From Nitrospirota bacterium (GTDB taxonomy: Bacteria > Nitrospirota > JACRHJ01): a DNA stretch of 64,000 nucleotides. Numbering within the stretch: position 1 is the first letter of the stretch; the number at the start of each line of letters is the position of its first letter. Both the position numbers and the translations under genes were made by a program. Shown here piece after piece: positions 29,964 to 40,795 of this stretch. The stretch is taken from the NCBI GenBank assembly GCA_963733375.1, contig CAVTDB010000009.1:64001-128000 (forward strand), in the 5' to 3' direction. A model generated the notes under the pieces. That model saw only the letters and a program-made list of their open reading frames with translations, made no database searches and was not told the origin of the DNA.

Positions 29964-32351
29964 ATGAAGGAACTGCTCTCCAAAATCAACAGCAATCTAA
30001 AGGCGAAAATAGTAATATTCGTCGCGGGTTCCATGGTCCTGTTCCTTGTCGGCTCCACCTTTAACTATATCCGCACGGAGCGCCAGTTCTATATAAAATC
30101 GGTCGAAAACAACCTCCGCGGCCTTTCCAATACGATAGAATCAAGCCTCGTGGATGCCATGGGGCGCGGCCAGCGCGAAGAACTCCAGCGCTCGATAGGA
30201 AGTATAGGGAATAACGGAGACATATCCAGCGTCAGGATATTCAACGACAAAGGGATCATTCTCAGCTCGTCAAACCCCGCCGAGACAGGCTCCCGCATCG
30301 ACAACGACAACTATAGAGAGTACAAGCAGGCCGCGGGTACCTTCATCTTCAATAAAAACGGCCAGAATAAGCTTTTTTTTGTTAAACCCATCCTTAACCG
30401 CCCGGCGTGCTACGGCTGTCACGACTCGAAACAGCGGGTCAACGGCGTGCTTGAGGTAAGCTATTCGCTCGTGAAGGCCGATGCGGCGATAAACCAGCAC
30501 TTAAAGCAGATGATGATATCCGCCCTGCTGATATGTCTCGCGCTCGTGCTTTCGATTTTTATCGCACTGGAGATGCTTGTCAACAGGCCGATAAAGAAGC
30601 TCAAGAAAGCGATGGGACAGGCCGAGTTGGGCGAGAAGGTAGAGCTTGACAGTGCGAACAACGACGAGCTTGGCCGGCTCCAGAGAAAATTCGTGCAGAT
30701 GCTGGGCCGCATCCGGGAGCTGAACCTGGAAAACAACCGCAAGGAACATGAGCTTATCCGTAACTTCGAGATATCCAACTCGCATGCGCGCCTGAAGAGC
30801 ATGATCGAAGCTATGCCGGACGGCGTTTCCATACTCGACCGGGACATGGTAATCCGGGAGATGAACCCCCGGAACATGGAGATATTCCCCGGCATCCAGA
30901 CGGGGAGCAACTGCTACAGGAGCATCCACGGCAGGAGCGACCCCTGCCCCCATTGCGGCGTAATGAAAGTCTTCCAGGACGGCATGGTGCATGAGCACCA
31001 GTCTTCCTTCTATCTGGCGGACGGCAAGGAACGCATCGTCCATAGCATCTCCGCGCCCGTCAGGGATGTCGAAGGCAACATTACTCACGCCATCGAGGTC
31101 ATCCGGGACATCACGGATAAACTGGTGGCCGAAAAGGCAAAGATAGAAACGGAGCAAAGGCATCAGAAGGAACTGGAAGCTGTAAACCTCCAGCTTGTCA
31201 GGCGGGTCAAGGAGGTGGAAGACGCAAATAACCAGATCGCCATGCTTATCAGGGACCTGGCTCAGAAAAACACCGAACTGGAGAAGGTCGTCGAGCGTCT
31301 TACCACCGTCAACCATATCGGCAATATACTGAATTCCCTGATCGACCAGGAAAATGCCATGGAGGTCATCGTCAGGACGATGGCCAAAACGATGAACGCC
31401 AGGATATGTTCGCTCATGATGATCAATGAAGAGACGGGCGACCTGGAAGTGGCGTATTCAGTGGGTCTGGAGGGCATAAAGCTCCGCAAGGTAAAGTTAG
31501 GCGAGGGCATTTCCGGTTACGCGGCCAAGGAAGGCAAGCCGCTCCTGGTCACCAATATCGAAACGGACCCCCGCTTCAATCTGCCGAACGACCCGCAGTA
31601 TACCACGACGTCGCTTATCGCCGCGCCTCTTTTCATTAAAGGCAAAGTGATAGGCATCCTGAACATCAACAACAAAAACAATGGCGACCAATTCACGCAC
31701 GACGACCTGAGCCTCCTGACTACCGTGGCCGGACAGGCCGCGATCGCGGTGGAGAATTCGAACCTGTACAGAGACATCCGGTCCAGCTACTTCGATACCG
31801 TCCGGGCGCTTGTCAACGCGCTCGAAGCGAAGGATAAATACTCAAAGGGCCATTCCGAGCGCGTCACCCTGCTCGCGATGATGATTGCGGACGAGATGGG
31901 GCTGTCCGAGGAACGCAAGCAGGCGCTCCAGCACGCCGGGGTGCTGCACGATATAGGCAAGATAGGCATTTCCGCCTCCATCCTGAATAAGGCGGGCAAG
32001 CTCACTGGCGAGGAGTACGACGTCATCAAGGACCACCCCCTTATCGGGGAAAAGATACTGGACCCCATAACATTCCTGAAAGACGTGAAGGTGATAGTAG
32101 GCCAGCACCACGAGCGTTATGACGGAAAGGGTTATCCGCACCAGAGGATGGGAAGCGAGCTCTCGACGGAGGCAAAGATCCTTGCGGTGGCTGACACTTT
32201 CGACGCCCTGACCTCCGACAGGCCTTATAGAAAGGCCCTTCCATTCGAGGACGCGGTAGCCGAGATCAAGCGCTGTGCGTCCAGCCAGTTCGACCCGGAT
32301 GTGGTAGACGTATTTTTAAAGACCCTCGGCGTGTCCGCCCTATCCAGTTAG
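29964..32351 (+). CDS. Membrane-bound HD-GYP phosphodiesterase with periplasmic heme-c motif, HAMP, PAS and GAF domains
   Basis: Two TM helices around CYGCH; HAMP (RPIKKL..NDELG); PAS; GAF; HSERV, LHDIGK, HHERYDGKGYP. Confidence 0.9.
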   Translation: MKELLSKINSNLKAKIVIFVAGSMVLFLVGSTFNYIRTERQFYIKSVENNLRGLSNTIESSLVDAMGRGQREELQRSIGSIGNNGDISSVRIFNDKGIILSSSNPAETGSRIDNDNYREYKQAAGTFIFNKNGQNKLFFVKPILNRPACYGCHDSKQRVNGVLEVSYSLVKADAAINQHLKQMMISALLICLALVLSIFIALEMLVNRPIKKLKKAMGQAELGEKVELDSANNDELGRLQRKFVQMLGRIRELNLENNRKEHELIRNFEISNSHARLKSMIEAMPDGVSILDRDMVIREMNPRNMEIFPGIQTGSNCYRSIHGRSDPCPHCGVMKVFQDGMVHEHQSSFYLADGKERIVHSISAPVRDVEGNITHAIEVIRDITDKLVAEKAKIETEQRHQKELEAVNLQLVRRVKEVEDANNQIAMLIRDLAQKNTELEKVVERLTTVNHIGNILNSLIDQENAMEVIVRTMAKTMNARICSLMMINEETGDLEVAYSVGLEGIKLRKVKLGEGISGYAAKEGKPLLVTNIETDPRFNLPNDPQYTTTSLIAAPLFIKGKVIGILNINNKNNGDQFTHDDLSLLTTVAGQAAIAVENSNLYRDIRSSYFDTVRALVNALEAKDKYSKGHSERVTLLAMMIADEMGLSEERKQALQHAGVLHDIGKIGISASILNKAGKLTGEEYDVIKDHPLIGEKILDPITFLKDVKVIVGQHHERYDGKGYPHQRMGSELSTEAKILAVADTFDALTSDRPYRKALPFEDAVAEIKRCASSQFDPDVVDVFLKTLGVSALSS

Positions 32352-32502
32352 GATTGCGCCGCCCTCCGGCGAAGTGGGAGAAGCCGGTCACGCTCCGTCG
32401 CCCCTTTTCCTCACTTTTACCTGAAAAAAATATTGAATTCCGCGCCCGATTATGCGTTAATTGTCCGCAAATGATTTACCTGTCCAGAGGAACGAAGACA
32501 GA

Positions 32503-32961
32503 ATGGATAACCGACACATAATCGAATCGTTCAGCAAATACTGCCGCGAGTGCAAAGGCAGGTGCTGCAGCGGCATAATGGTAGGGCTCTTCGACTGGGA
32601 ACTGCCGCGCGCGGAAGGACATAAGCTTCCCTGCCCCCCAAAGAACGGCGTCCTGAATATTTCCTTCGAGGACGACTGCCTCTTCCTGAAAGACCACAGG
32701 TGCAGCCTGCCCAGCGACCAGAGGTTCCTGGACTGCCTGAGCTATCCGGTATACCCGAAAATCGAGGACGGAAAAGTCGAGGGCTTAATCGTCCACAAGG
32801 GCTGCCCCTATCATAAAGAGATCGCCGGGAACAAAGAGCTTACGGTGATGATAAGGGAGATATGGGAAGAGCACCTGGAGGATTTAAGGCCGGAACAGGT
32901 CCGCGAATTTTTCTCCGGGGAGTTCTGGGATAATGATAAAATAGAATACCTGGAAGCATAA
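32503..32961 (+). CDS. YkgJ-like cysteine-cluster protein
   Basis: CRECKGRCC, CLFL...RC, R..DCLSYP, CP. Confidence 0.65.
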   Translation: MDNRHIIESFSKYCRECKGRCCSGIMVGLFDWELPRAEGHKLPCPPKNGVLNISFEDDCLFLKDHRCSLPSDQRFLDCLSYPVYPKIEDGKVEGLIVHKGCPYHKEIAGNKELTVMIREIWEEHLEDLRPEQVREFFSGEFWDNDKIEYLEA

Positions 32962-32988
32962 AAAAAGGCGAACTACAGTTAGTCCGCC
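32961..32988 (-). terminator. Intrinsic terminator after rnfB
   Basis: GGCGGACTA-loop-TAGTTCGCC + TTTTTTT on the minus strand. Confidence 0.55.
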
Positions 32989-33937
32989 ATACCTCGCTTC
33001 TGCTTCGGTATTCCTTAAGTTTACGGCTTCCGTTTCTTGCCTTTCCGCGCTTGCCGCCTCCGGAGCTTCCTTCTTCGGGAGCTTTATCCGCTCCGCCTGC
33101 TCCTTAGACGGGTCCAGCATGTCCTTTATCGTCCTCTGCGGGCACAGAAGCACACACGTCTCGCAGTGCGTGCATTTCGCATAATCCATCATCGCCAGGT
33201 TATTGTCCATCGAATATCGCGCCCTCCGGACAGCCCTTCGCGCAAAGCCCGCATCCGATGCAGCCTATCTCGCACGCCTTCTTTACCACAGGCCCCTTGT
33301 CGTGCGAGCTGCACAATATATGCACCTTTTTGTCCGCCGGGGTAAGGTGGATTATGCTCTTCGGGCAGGCCGCGACGCATACGCCGCATGCCGTGCATTT
33401 CTCGCGGTCGATTATGGGCAGGTTCTCCGGCCCCATCTTTATGGCTTCGAAGGGGCAGGCCTTCGCGCAGGTGCCGTAGCCCAGACAGCCGTACTGGCAG
33501 GTCTTATCCCCGCCAGCTACCAATATGGCGGCGCGGCAGTCCTTCACGCCTTCATACTTAAAGCGCCTGCTCGCCTTGCACTCGTCGCCCCGGCAGAATA
33601 CCGTGGCCACCGTCGGCACGGCCTCCGGCGCGACCTTGCCCGTAATCTTCGCCACCAGCGCGGCCACGTCCGCCTTGCCCGGCGCGCACAGTCCCGGGGA
33701 GAGGTTCGGGTCCTTGACTACCGCCTCCGCATAACCCTGGCAACCGGCGAACCCGCATGCGCCGCAGTTCGCCCCGGGCAGGACCTCGCGCACGGCTTCC
33801 ACTTTCGGGTCCGTCTTCACCGCGAATTTCTTCGCCGCAAACGCCAGCCCCAGGCCGAATACCGCGCCGACCCCGCCCATGAAGGCCACGCTCTTTAATA
33901 CGGCATTGATCAGATTAGGTTGAAAGACTTCCTGCAT
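32979..33937 (-). CDS. rnfB: Rnf electron transport complex subunit B (frameshifted; end approximate)
   Basis: LPGANCGACGFAGC, CQYGCLGYGTC, multiple CxxCxxCxxxCP. Confidence 0.92.
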
Positions 33938-33985
33938 AGCGATTAATTATATCATTTCCTAATAATAATTGCTACCAAATCCAGC

Positions 33986-34570
33986 CTATACGGTTATCAG
34001 GCCCGAAAACCCAAGGAACGCCAGCGCGATAAGCCCGGTTACGATAAAAGCGATGGGCATGCCCTGAAAGGGCTTCGGGATGTTGGCCAGGTCCAGGCGC
34101 TCCCTTATGCTCGCCATGATTATAAGCGCCAGCGAGAACCCCGCGCCGGAGCCAAGCCCCAGCGTAAGGCTTTGCAAAAAGTTGTATTTTTCGTCCGAGT
34201 TAATAACCGGCACGGCCAGGATTATGCAGTTCGTAGTGATAAGGACGAGGTATATCCCCAGCTTGTAGTACAGCGTGGGGTTCATTTTTTTGAGCAAAGT
34301 ATCCGCGAACTGGACGAACCCGGCGACGATGCCGATAAAAAGCACGATCTTCAGGAACTCGATATGCAGTGGCAGCATGATGAGGTTGTACACCAGCCAT
34401 GAAAGCGCGGCGGAAATCACCATCACGGCGGTGAACGTCATGCTCATCCCCACCGCGGTATCCATCTTCTTCGACACGCCGAAGAAGATGCACAGCCCGA
34501 GATAGCGGGTGAATACGAAGTTATTTACGATAGCGGAAGCTATAAAAATAGTGCTTATATCTTTAAACAT
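33986..34570 (-). CDS. rnfA: Rnf subunit A
   Basis: NNFVFTRYLGLC, LITTNC, IRERL...P.PFQG.PI. Confidence 0.93.
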   Translation of the reverse strand: MFKDISTIFIASAIVNNFVFTRYLGLCIFFGVSKKMDTAVGMSMTFTAVMVISAALSWLVYNLIMLPLHIEFLKIVLFIGIVAGFVQFADTLLKKMNPTLYYKLGIYLVLITTNCIILAVPVINSDEKYNFLQSLTLGLGSGAGFSLALIIMASIRERLDLANIPKPFQGMPIAFIVTGLIALAFLGFSGLITV

Positions 34571-34579
34571 TAAACCTCC

Positions 34580-34670
34580 GTTCTTTTCTTTCGGGTGAAA
34601 GAAAAGAACCAAAAGAAAGCCGGTAACAGTTTAAAAGTTTTTGGCGTTACCTTTTTCCCAAAAAGGTAAC
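34580..34670. repeat. Twin-hairpin dispersed repeat, copy 2 (inverted)
   Basis: GTTCTTTTCTTTC-GGGT-GAAAGAAAAGAAC ... GTTACCTTTTT-CCC-AAAAAGGTAAC. Confidence 0.85.
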
Positions 34671-34680
34671 GGTCTTGCCT

Positions 34681-35311
34681 TTAATGGTGGCCTCCGCCCA
34701 TGCCGCCGGGCTTGCCGCCGTAATATTTCTGGTCAATCCAGTTAAATAGCCCCATGAGAAGGCCGATAACGAAGAAGCCGCCCGTGGGGAGCACCATGAT
34801 GAGCAGCGGGTTCGAGCCGGTCAGATGAAAACCCGCCAGGCTCCCCTTGCCGATCAGCTCCCGGACCGCGCCTACCAGCACCAGCGCGCCCGAGGAACCC
34901 CAGCCCCATCCCGAACCCGTCCACCGCGGACGGCAGGACTTTATTCTTGCTGGCGAAAAGCTCCGCGCGTGAGATGATAATCGCGAACACCACGATGAGC
35001 TGGATATAAAGCCCCATCTCCTTGTACGCCGCGCGCGAATATGCCGACATCACCATGTCCGTGATGCTGACGTAGGTCGCGATTATCAGGATGTACGCCG
35101 GGATGCGCACCTTCGGGTTTATTAAATTCCTGAGGATGCTGACGGTGATGTTCACCATCGTCATGACGAACAGCACGGCGGCTCCCATAAGGAAGCCGTT
35201 TTTTACGGACGTAGTGACGGCCACCGCCGGGCATAGCGAGAGCGCCAGCCGGAAAACGGGGTTTTCGGCGAATATGCCGTTCAAAATTAATTTTTTATAC
35301 GAGGTTGCCAT
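34681..35311 (-). CDS. rnfE: Rnf subunit E (frameshifted)
   Basis: ENPVF.L.LSLCPAVAVT, KVRIP, VRELIG.G, LPTGGF. Confidence 0.92.
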
Positions 35312-35880
35312 TATAGTGCCGCGTCCTTCGCCCTCTCCGCCCGGAGCGCATCCACCGCCTCTTTCGCGCCGCGAGTAACGCCCCTTGAAGAAATCGTCGC
35401 GCCGGAGATAGCCTGGATGTCCGTATCCGTCTCGCCCTTTATGACAATTAAATTTTCTTCCGCCTTCCCTCTGAACTGACGCTTGAACCAGTCCTTGTCT
35501 ATCTGGTCTCCAAGGCCCGGCGTCTCCTTGTGGTCCAATATCTCTATAGCTATCAGCCTGTAGTCCGGGTTCACGGCCACCAGCATGGAGATAAAGCTGG
35601 AGTAGCCTTTGGTATAAGCCAGGACGACGTACCCGATAGTCTTGCCCTTGGCCGTCGCCTTATAGATCTTCCCCTCCTTGCCGGAGGTGACTATGTCCTT
35701 TACCTCTTTTATAGAATCCGCCTGGGGTATCAGCGACTTCAGCGCCGCCTCCCGTTCCTGGGCCTCTTTTTGCACCTTCACCGGGTCCGTAAGGGCCCAT
35801 GTCGCGGAGAGTATTACGCCCGCAAGCGCGCAGATGATGACAAGGTTCATCGTTATCTTCATGATTTCCTTGTTGCTCAT
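35311..35880 (-). CDS. rnfG: Rnf subunit G (in frame with rnfD as assembled)
   Basis: KGYSS, HKETPGLG, FMN-attachment AISGATISS. Confidence 0.9.
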   Translation of the reverse strand: MSNKEIMKITMNLVIICALAGVILSATWALTDPVKVQKEAQEREAALKSLIPQADSIKEVKDIVTSGKEGKIYKATAKGKTIGYVVLAYTKGYSSFISMLVAVNPDYRLIAIEILDHKETPGLGDQIDKDWFKRQFRGKAEENLIVIKGETDTDIQAISGATISSRGVTRGAKEAVDALRAERAKDAAL

Positions 35881-36891
35881 GCCCTTGCCTTTAACGGTGA
35901 TTTCTCCGAATTTTTTAACTCGAAACGCGCGGTCCAGAAGCGGTGTAAAGCAGTTCATAAGAAGTATCGCGTAGCAGACGCCCTCGGGGTATCCGCCTTT
36001 CAGCCTTATCAGCACGGTAATCGCGCCGCATCCGACACCGAAAGCTATCTGCGCCCTCTTCAACTGCGGGACGGTCACGTAATCCGTCGCCATGAAAAAA
36101 GCCCCCAGGACAAGCCCGCCGGATAGCAGGGCCAGCACCGGGTCGCCGCCGAAAATTTCTGTCAGGACGGCGACGGTCGCCAGGAACGTGACGGGGATGT
36201 GCCAGGTGATATAGCCTTTGTAGAGCAGATAGGCCGCGCCGAAAAGAAGGGCTATAATGGCTACCTCGCCCATCGCGCCGCCCCTTTGTCCGAGCAGGAG
36301 CTGGACGTACATGTCGTGCTGGCTTGCGAAGTGGGAGAGCAGTTTCTGGTAGCCTTCCTCCTTCAGTATCCCAAGCGGCGTCGCACCCGTAATCACGTCC
36401 GCATTTGCGGGGTTAAGCGAGCCGTGGGGGACGAGCCAGGTAGTCATGAACTTGGGGAACGAGGCCATGAGGAACGCGCGGCCGATTAATGCGGGATTGA
36501 AGATATTGTAGCCGAGGCCGCCGAAGAGCTGTTTGGTGATTATTATGGCTACCGCGGAGCCTATTACCGGGAGGTAGAGCGGCACGCCGGCGGGCAGGTT
36601 CATCCCAAGGAGAAGGCCAGTGAGGAAGGCGCTGCCGTCGCCAACCGTTACCTTCGCCCCCATGAGCTTCTGCACAGCCGCTTCGAAGGCCATCGCCGAG
36701 ACAATCGAGAGGACTAATACCAGGAGGGCGCCCATGCCGAAGTAATAAACGGAAAGAGCCGCCGCGGGCATAAGAGCCGCCGACACCGTCCACATTATAT
36801 GCGGCACGCTCTCGCCCGATTTTATGTGCGGGCCTATCGAGGCATGAAAAAGCCTCGACTCTGCGGCTGTAGGAGTCTCTTTGGTATTCAT
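35877..36891 (-). CDS. rnfD: Rnf subunit D
   Basis: GPHI, KQLFGGLGYNIFNPAL, FMN site ITGATPL, AFFMATD, YPEGVCYAILLMN. Confidence 0.93.
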
Positions 36892-36925
36892 AAGTTATAT
36901 AAGAGCGATAGTTCGTGCTAAAGTC

Positions 36926-37019
36926 GTTACCTTTTTGGTAAAAAGGTAACACCAAAAACATTGGGGGTTTTAAACCCCGCTTTCTTTTGCTTCTTTTCTT
37001 TCCCGCGAAAGAAAAGAAG
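36926..37019. repeat. Twin-hairpin dispersed repeat, copy 3
   Basis: GTTACCTTTTT-GGT-AAAAAGGTAAC ACCAAAAAC ... CTTCTTTTCTTTC-CCGC-GAAAGAAAAGAAG. Confidence 0.85.
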
Positions 37020-37025
37020 GGACTT

Positions 37026-38426
37026 TTAAGATGCCTTTACTTTTTTCCTTGCCAGTTCGCGTTTGGCCCATTTCGTGAACTGGACCATTGGCCTGTTCGA
37101 CGGGCAGACGAATGAGCAGGAGCCGCACTCGAAGCAGTCCAGCACGCCGTATTCTTTCGCCTCCTCGAAGCGGCCTTTTTCGATGAGCTGGCCCAGCAGG
37201 CTGGGGTTTAAGCCCATGGGGCAGACGTCGATGCACCTTCCGCAGCGTATGCAGGGGCCGAAGTCCACCACGTTCACGGCCTCGGCCTCCGTGAGGGCCA
37301 CAATGCCTGAGGTGCCCTTTATCACGGGCACGCCGAGGCTGGATTGCGCTATGCCCATCATCGGCCCGCCCATTATGACCTTTGTCGCCTTTTTGTTTAC
37401 TCCGCCGCACTGCGAGACGACGTCATCGAAAAGCGTCCCGATGCGCACCCGGAGGTTCCTGGGCTCGTTTATCCCCGGCCCGGTGACGGTAAGCACCCGT
37501 TCGATGAGCGGCCTGCCGTACCTTACCGCCTGGTAAATCGCGGCGGCCGTGGCGACGTTCTGCACTACCGCGCCCACGTCCATCGGCAGGTTCCCCGGCG
37601 GGACTTCAAGGCCGGTTATGGCCTTTATAAGCTGTTTCTCCGACCCCTGCGGGTATTTAACCTCCAGCGGAACGACCCTGACCCCCATCTTGCAGCCCTT
37701 CGGGACCTCGTACTCCAGCCCGTCGCGCTCGTAGTAAGTCTCCACTAAAAGCTCGCAGGCCACTTTCCCCGCTTCCTCGGATATTGCCTTTATGGCGGCC
37801 TTTTTATTGTCCTCGATGCCGACGAACCCTTCCGTAACCCTGAGGACGGTCATTATGACCTTCAGGCCCTCGATTATATCTTCCGCATTTTCCTCCATCA
37901 GGCGGGAGTCCGCCGTCAGGTAAGGCTCGCACTCCGCGCCGTTCAAGATGGCGTATTTTATCTTCTTTTCCTTTGGCGGGGAGAGCTTTACGTGCGTGGG
38001 GAAAGTCGCGCCGCCCATGCCGACTATGCCGGCTTCCTTTATAATGTTCTTCAGGACGTCCGGGTTTAAGGAGAGGTAATTGTCATGCCCGGCCACCTCG
38101 TCAACCCACTCGTCTTTGCCGTCCGACTCTATGACCACGGCTTGGGCGTCGTACCCCATCGGAGACGGGAAATTGCCCACGGCTATTACCTTGCCGGAAA
38201 TGGAGGCATGCGCCGGCACGGAGACGACACCCTGGGCTTCCCCTATTTTCTGGCCCTTCTTCACCAGGTCGCCCACCTTGACTATCGGCTGGGCAGGCGC
38301 GCCGATATGCATCGCCATGGGGATTACAACCCGCTCCGGGAGCCTTGCGTCTATTATCGGAAGCGACGCGGTAGCTTTTTTGCTGTCCGGAGGATGTACT
38401 CCTCCTTTAAAGCTTGTCGCGCTCAT
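37026..38426 (-). CDS. rnfC: Rnf subunit C
   Basis: FKGGVHP, AGIVGMGGATFPT, NGAECEPYLTAD, CIRCGRC, CFECGSC. Confidence 0.96.
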   Translation of the reverse strand: MSATSFKGGVHPPDSKKATASLPIIDARLPERVVIPMAMHIGAPAQPIVKVGDLVKKGQKIGEAQGVVSVPAHASISGKVIAVGNFPSPMGYDAQAVVIESDGKDEWVDEVAGHDNYLSLNPDVLKNIIKEAGIVGMGGATFPTHVKLSPPKEKKIKYAILNGAECEPYLTADSRLMEENAEDIIEGLKVIMTVLRVTEGFVGIEDNKKAAIKAISEEAGKVACELLVETYYERDGLEYEVPKGCKMGVRVVPLEVKYPQGSEKQLIKAITGLEVPPGNLPMDVGAVVQNVATAAAIYQAVRYGRPLIERVLTVTGPGINEPRNLRVRIGTLFDDVVSQCGGVNKKATKVIMGGPMMGIAQSSLGVPVIKGTSGIVALTEAEAVNVVDFGPCIRCGRCIDVCPMGLNPSLLGQLIEKGRFEEAKEYGVLDCFECGSCSFVCPSNRPMVQFTKWAKRELARKKVKAS

Positions 38427-38933
38427 GGTTTTATTCCCGTTTTATTCTGGCCCTCGCTGCCGGCCGACCGGCTTTTCTTATCCGGGCCCAGGAGTTCGGT
38501 CAGTTCGCTGACAAACTCGTCTATATCCTTGAAGTCCCTGTAGACCGACGCGAAACGCACATAGGCCACCTTGTCCAGGTCCTGGAGCCGCTTCATCATC
38601 TCTTCGCCTATCTGGCTGGTGGAGACTTCCTTCTGGGCGCCGTCAAGGAGCTTCTTCTCGATCTCGTCCACCACGGTCTCAAGCACTTCAATGGAGATGG
38701 GCCTTTTTTCGCAGGCCTTCTTCAAGCCCGCCAAGGACTTTCTGGCGGTCGTAAGGCTCCCTTCGTCCGTCCTTTTTCACCACCATCGGCATGATCTCCT
38801 CGACGCGCTCATAGCTGGTGAAGCGCTTGCCGCACTGCTCGCACTCGCGCCTGCGCCTTATGGCTTCGCCGTCGGTAGATAGCCTGGAATCGACCACCTT
38901 GTCTTCAAGATGGCCGCAGAAGGGACATTTCAT
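38423..38933 (-). CDS. nrdR: Transcriptional repressor NrdR (frameshifted)
   Basis: MKCPFC...DSR...IRRRREC..C; ATP cone; [10 protein letters not shown]. Confidence 0.95.
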
Positions 38934-39026
38934 TAATTACCTTGTAGTGATAGTTAAAAAAACGGGAAGATTATGCAAGGTATAACTATGTTTGTCAAGG
39001 ATTTTAAATGGCTGTATTTAGCGATT

Positions 39027-39488
39027 TTATGGAGTTGCGTCCGGCGGTTTAAACTGTTCGATGACTATCCCCGCCTCGGACAACATTTCAAAGCCGAGTT
39101 TATCAGGATAACCCACGTCGTAAATGATCCTGGTTATCCCGGCGTTGATTATCATCTTGGAGCAGATGACGCACGGGAGGTTGGTGCAGTATAGGACGGA
39201 GCCCGTGATGGCGGTTCCGTGCTTGGCGGCCTGGATGATGGCGTTCTGCTCGGCGTGGAGCCCGCGGCATATCTCGTGCCGCTCGCCCGACGGGATGCCC
39301 AGCTTTTCCCGGAGGCATCCTACGTCTATGCAGTGAGACGTGCCGGACGGGGGACCGTTATAGCCGGTGGCCAGGATGTTCTTGTCCTTGGAGAGCACCG
39401 CGCCCACCTGCCTTCTGAGGCACGTGGAGCGCTTCTTCACCAGGTGCGCGATCTCCATGAAATATTCATCCCAACTCGGACGGCTCAT
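39027..39488 (-). CDS. dCMP deaminase (ComEB-like)
   Basis: [32 protein letters not shown]. Confidence 0.92.
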   Translation of the reverse strand: MSRPSWDEYFMEIAHLVKKRSTCLRRQVGAVLSKDKNILATGYNGPPSGTSHCIDVGCLREKLGIPSGERHEICRGLHAEQNAIIQAAKHGTAITGSVLYCTNLPCVICSKMIINAGITRIIYDVGYPDKLGFEMLSEAGIVIEQFKPPDATP

Positions 39489-39498
39489 AAAATTACCA

Positions 39499-40755
39499 TT
39501 ACAGCGCGGACGCCCCGAAACCTTCATATACCGGGAACTGCAAGGCCAGCGCTTTTGCCCTCTCGCGCACCCGTTCCAGGTTAGAGGCGTCGTTTATATC
39601 GTGTATCACGGAGGCTATCATCTCCGCGATCTCGGCCATCTCCGGCTCCTTCATCCCCCTGGTGGAGACGATGGGCGTGCCTATCCTTATGCCGGAGGTT
39701 ATCGTCGGCGGCTTTAAGTCGAAGGGTATGCCGTTTTTGTTGACGGTTATCCCCGCGATGTCCAGCGCCGCCTCCGCCTCCTTGCCCGTCACCCCTTTAT
39801 TGGTGAGGTCGACAAGCATCAGGTGGTTGTCCGTCCCGCCGGAGATAAGGTCGAAGCCGCGGGCGACAAGCTCGTCCGCGAGCGTGGAGGCATTGCGCAC
39901 CACCTGGGCCTGGTAGGTCCTGAACTCCGGCTCCGCCGCCTCGCGGAAGGCCACGGCCTTGGCGGCTATAACATGCATCAGCGGCCCGCCCTGGATGCCC
40001 GGGAAGATGACGTGGTCCACTTTCTTGCCAAATTCCTCATTGCACATGATCATCCCGCCCCTGGGGCCGCGGAGTGTCTTATGGGTGGTGCTGGTGACGA
40101 AATGCGCGTACGGGACGGGGGACGGGTGAACGCCGGCGGCAATCAACCCCGCTATATGGGCGATGTCGGCCATGAGATACGCGCCGACCATGTCCGCAAT
40201 CTCCCGGAAGCGCTTGAAGTCTATAATCCTGGGATAGGCGGAGGCCCCGACGACTATCATCTTCGGCCTGTGCTCCTTCGCCAGCGACTCCACCTCGTCG
40301 TAATCTATATGGCCGTTGTCGCGCCTTACGCCGTAGCTGAAGGAATTATAGAGGTTCCCGGAGAAGCTGACTGAGGCCCCGTGGGTGAGATGCCCGCCGT
40401 GGGTGAGTTTCATGCCGAGGATGGCGTCCCCAGGCTTCAGCGCCGCGAAATACACGGCCATATTGGCCTGTGAGCCTGAATGCGGCTGGACGTTCACGTG
40501 CTCCACGCCGAAAAGCTCTTTCGCGCGCCTTATCGCCAGGTCCTCGACAACATCGGCAAACTCGCACCCGCCGTAGTATCGCCTGCCGGGATAGCCTTCA
40601 GCGTACTTGTTCGTAAGCACGGACCCCTGCGCCTCCAGGACGGCCTGAGAGGCGTAGTTCTCGGACGCGATGAGGACTATCTTCTCCCCTTCGCGCCTCT
40701 TTTCATCTTCGATTGCCTGCCAGACCTCGGGGTCCGACTCCCTGAGTGAGTGCAT
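39499..40755 (-). CDS. glyA: Serine hydroxymethyltransferase
   Basis: [33 protein letters not shown]. Confidence 0.97.
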   Translation of the reverse strand: MHSLRESDPEVWQAIEDEKRREGEKIVLIASENYASQAVLEAQGSVLTNKYAEGYPGRRYYGGCEFADVVEDLAIRRAKELFGVEHVNVQPHSGSQANMAVYFAALKPGDAILGMKLTHGGHLTHGASVSFSGNLYNSFSYGVRRDNGHIDYDEVESLAKEHRPKMIVVGASAYPRIIDFKRFREIADMVGAYLMADIAHIAGLIAAGVHPSPVPYAHFVTSTTHKTLRGPRGGMIMCNEEFGKKVDHVIFPGIQGGPLMHVIAAKAVAFREAAEPEFRTYQAQVVRNASTLADELVARGFDLISGGTDNHLMLVDLTNKGVTGKEAEAALDIAGITVNKNGIPFDLKPPTITSGIRIGTPIVSTRGMKEPEMAEIAEMIASVIHDINDASNLERVRERAKALALQFPVYEGFGASAL

Positions 40756-40795
40756 TATAGAACCTCTTGAAACGATACTGTTTATGTCCACCATT

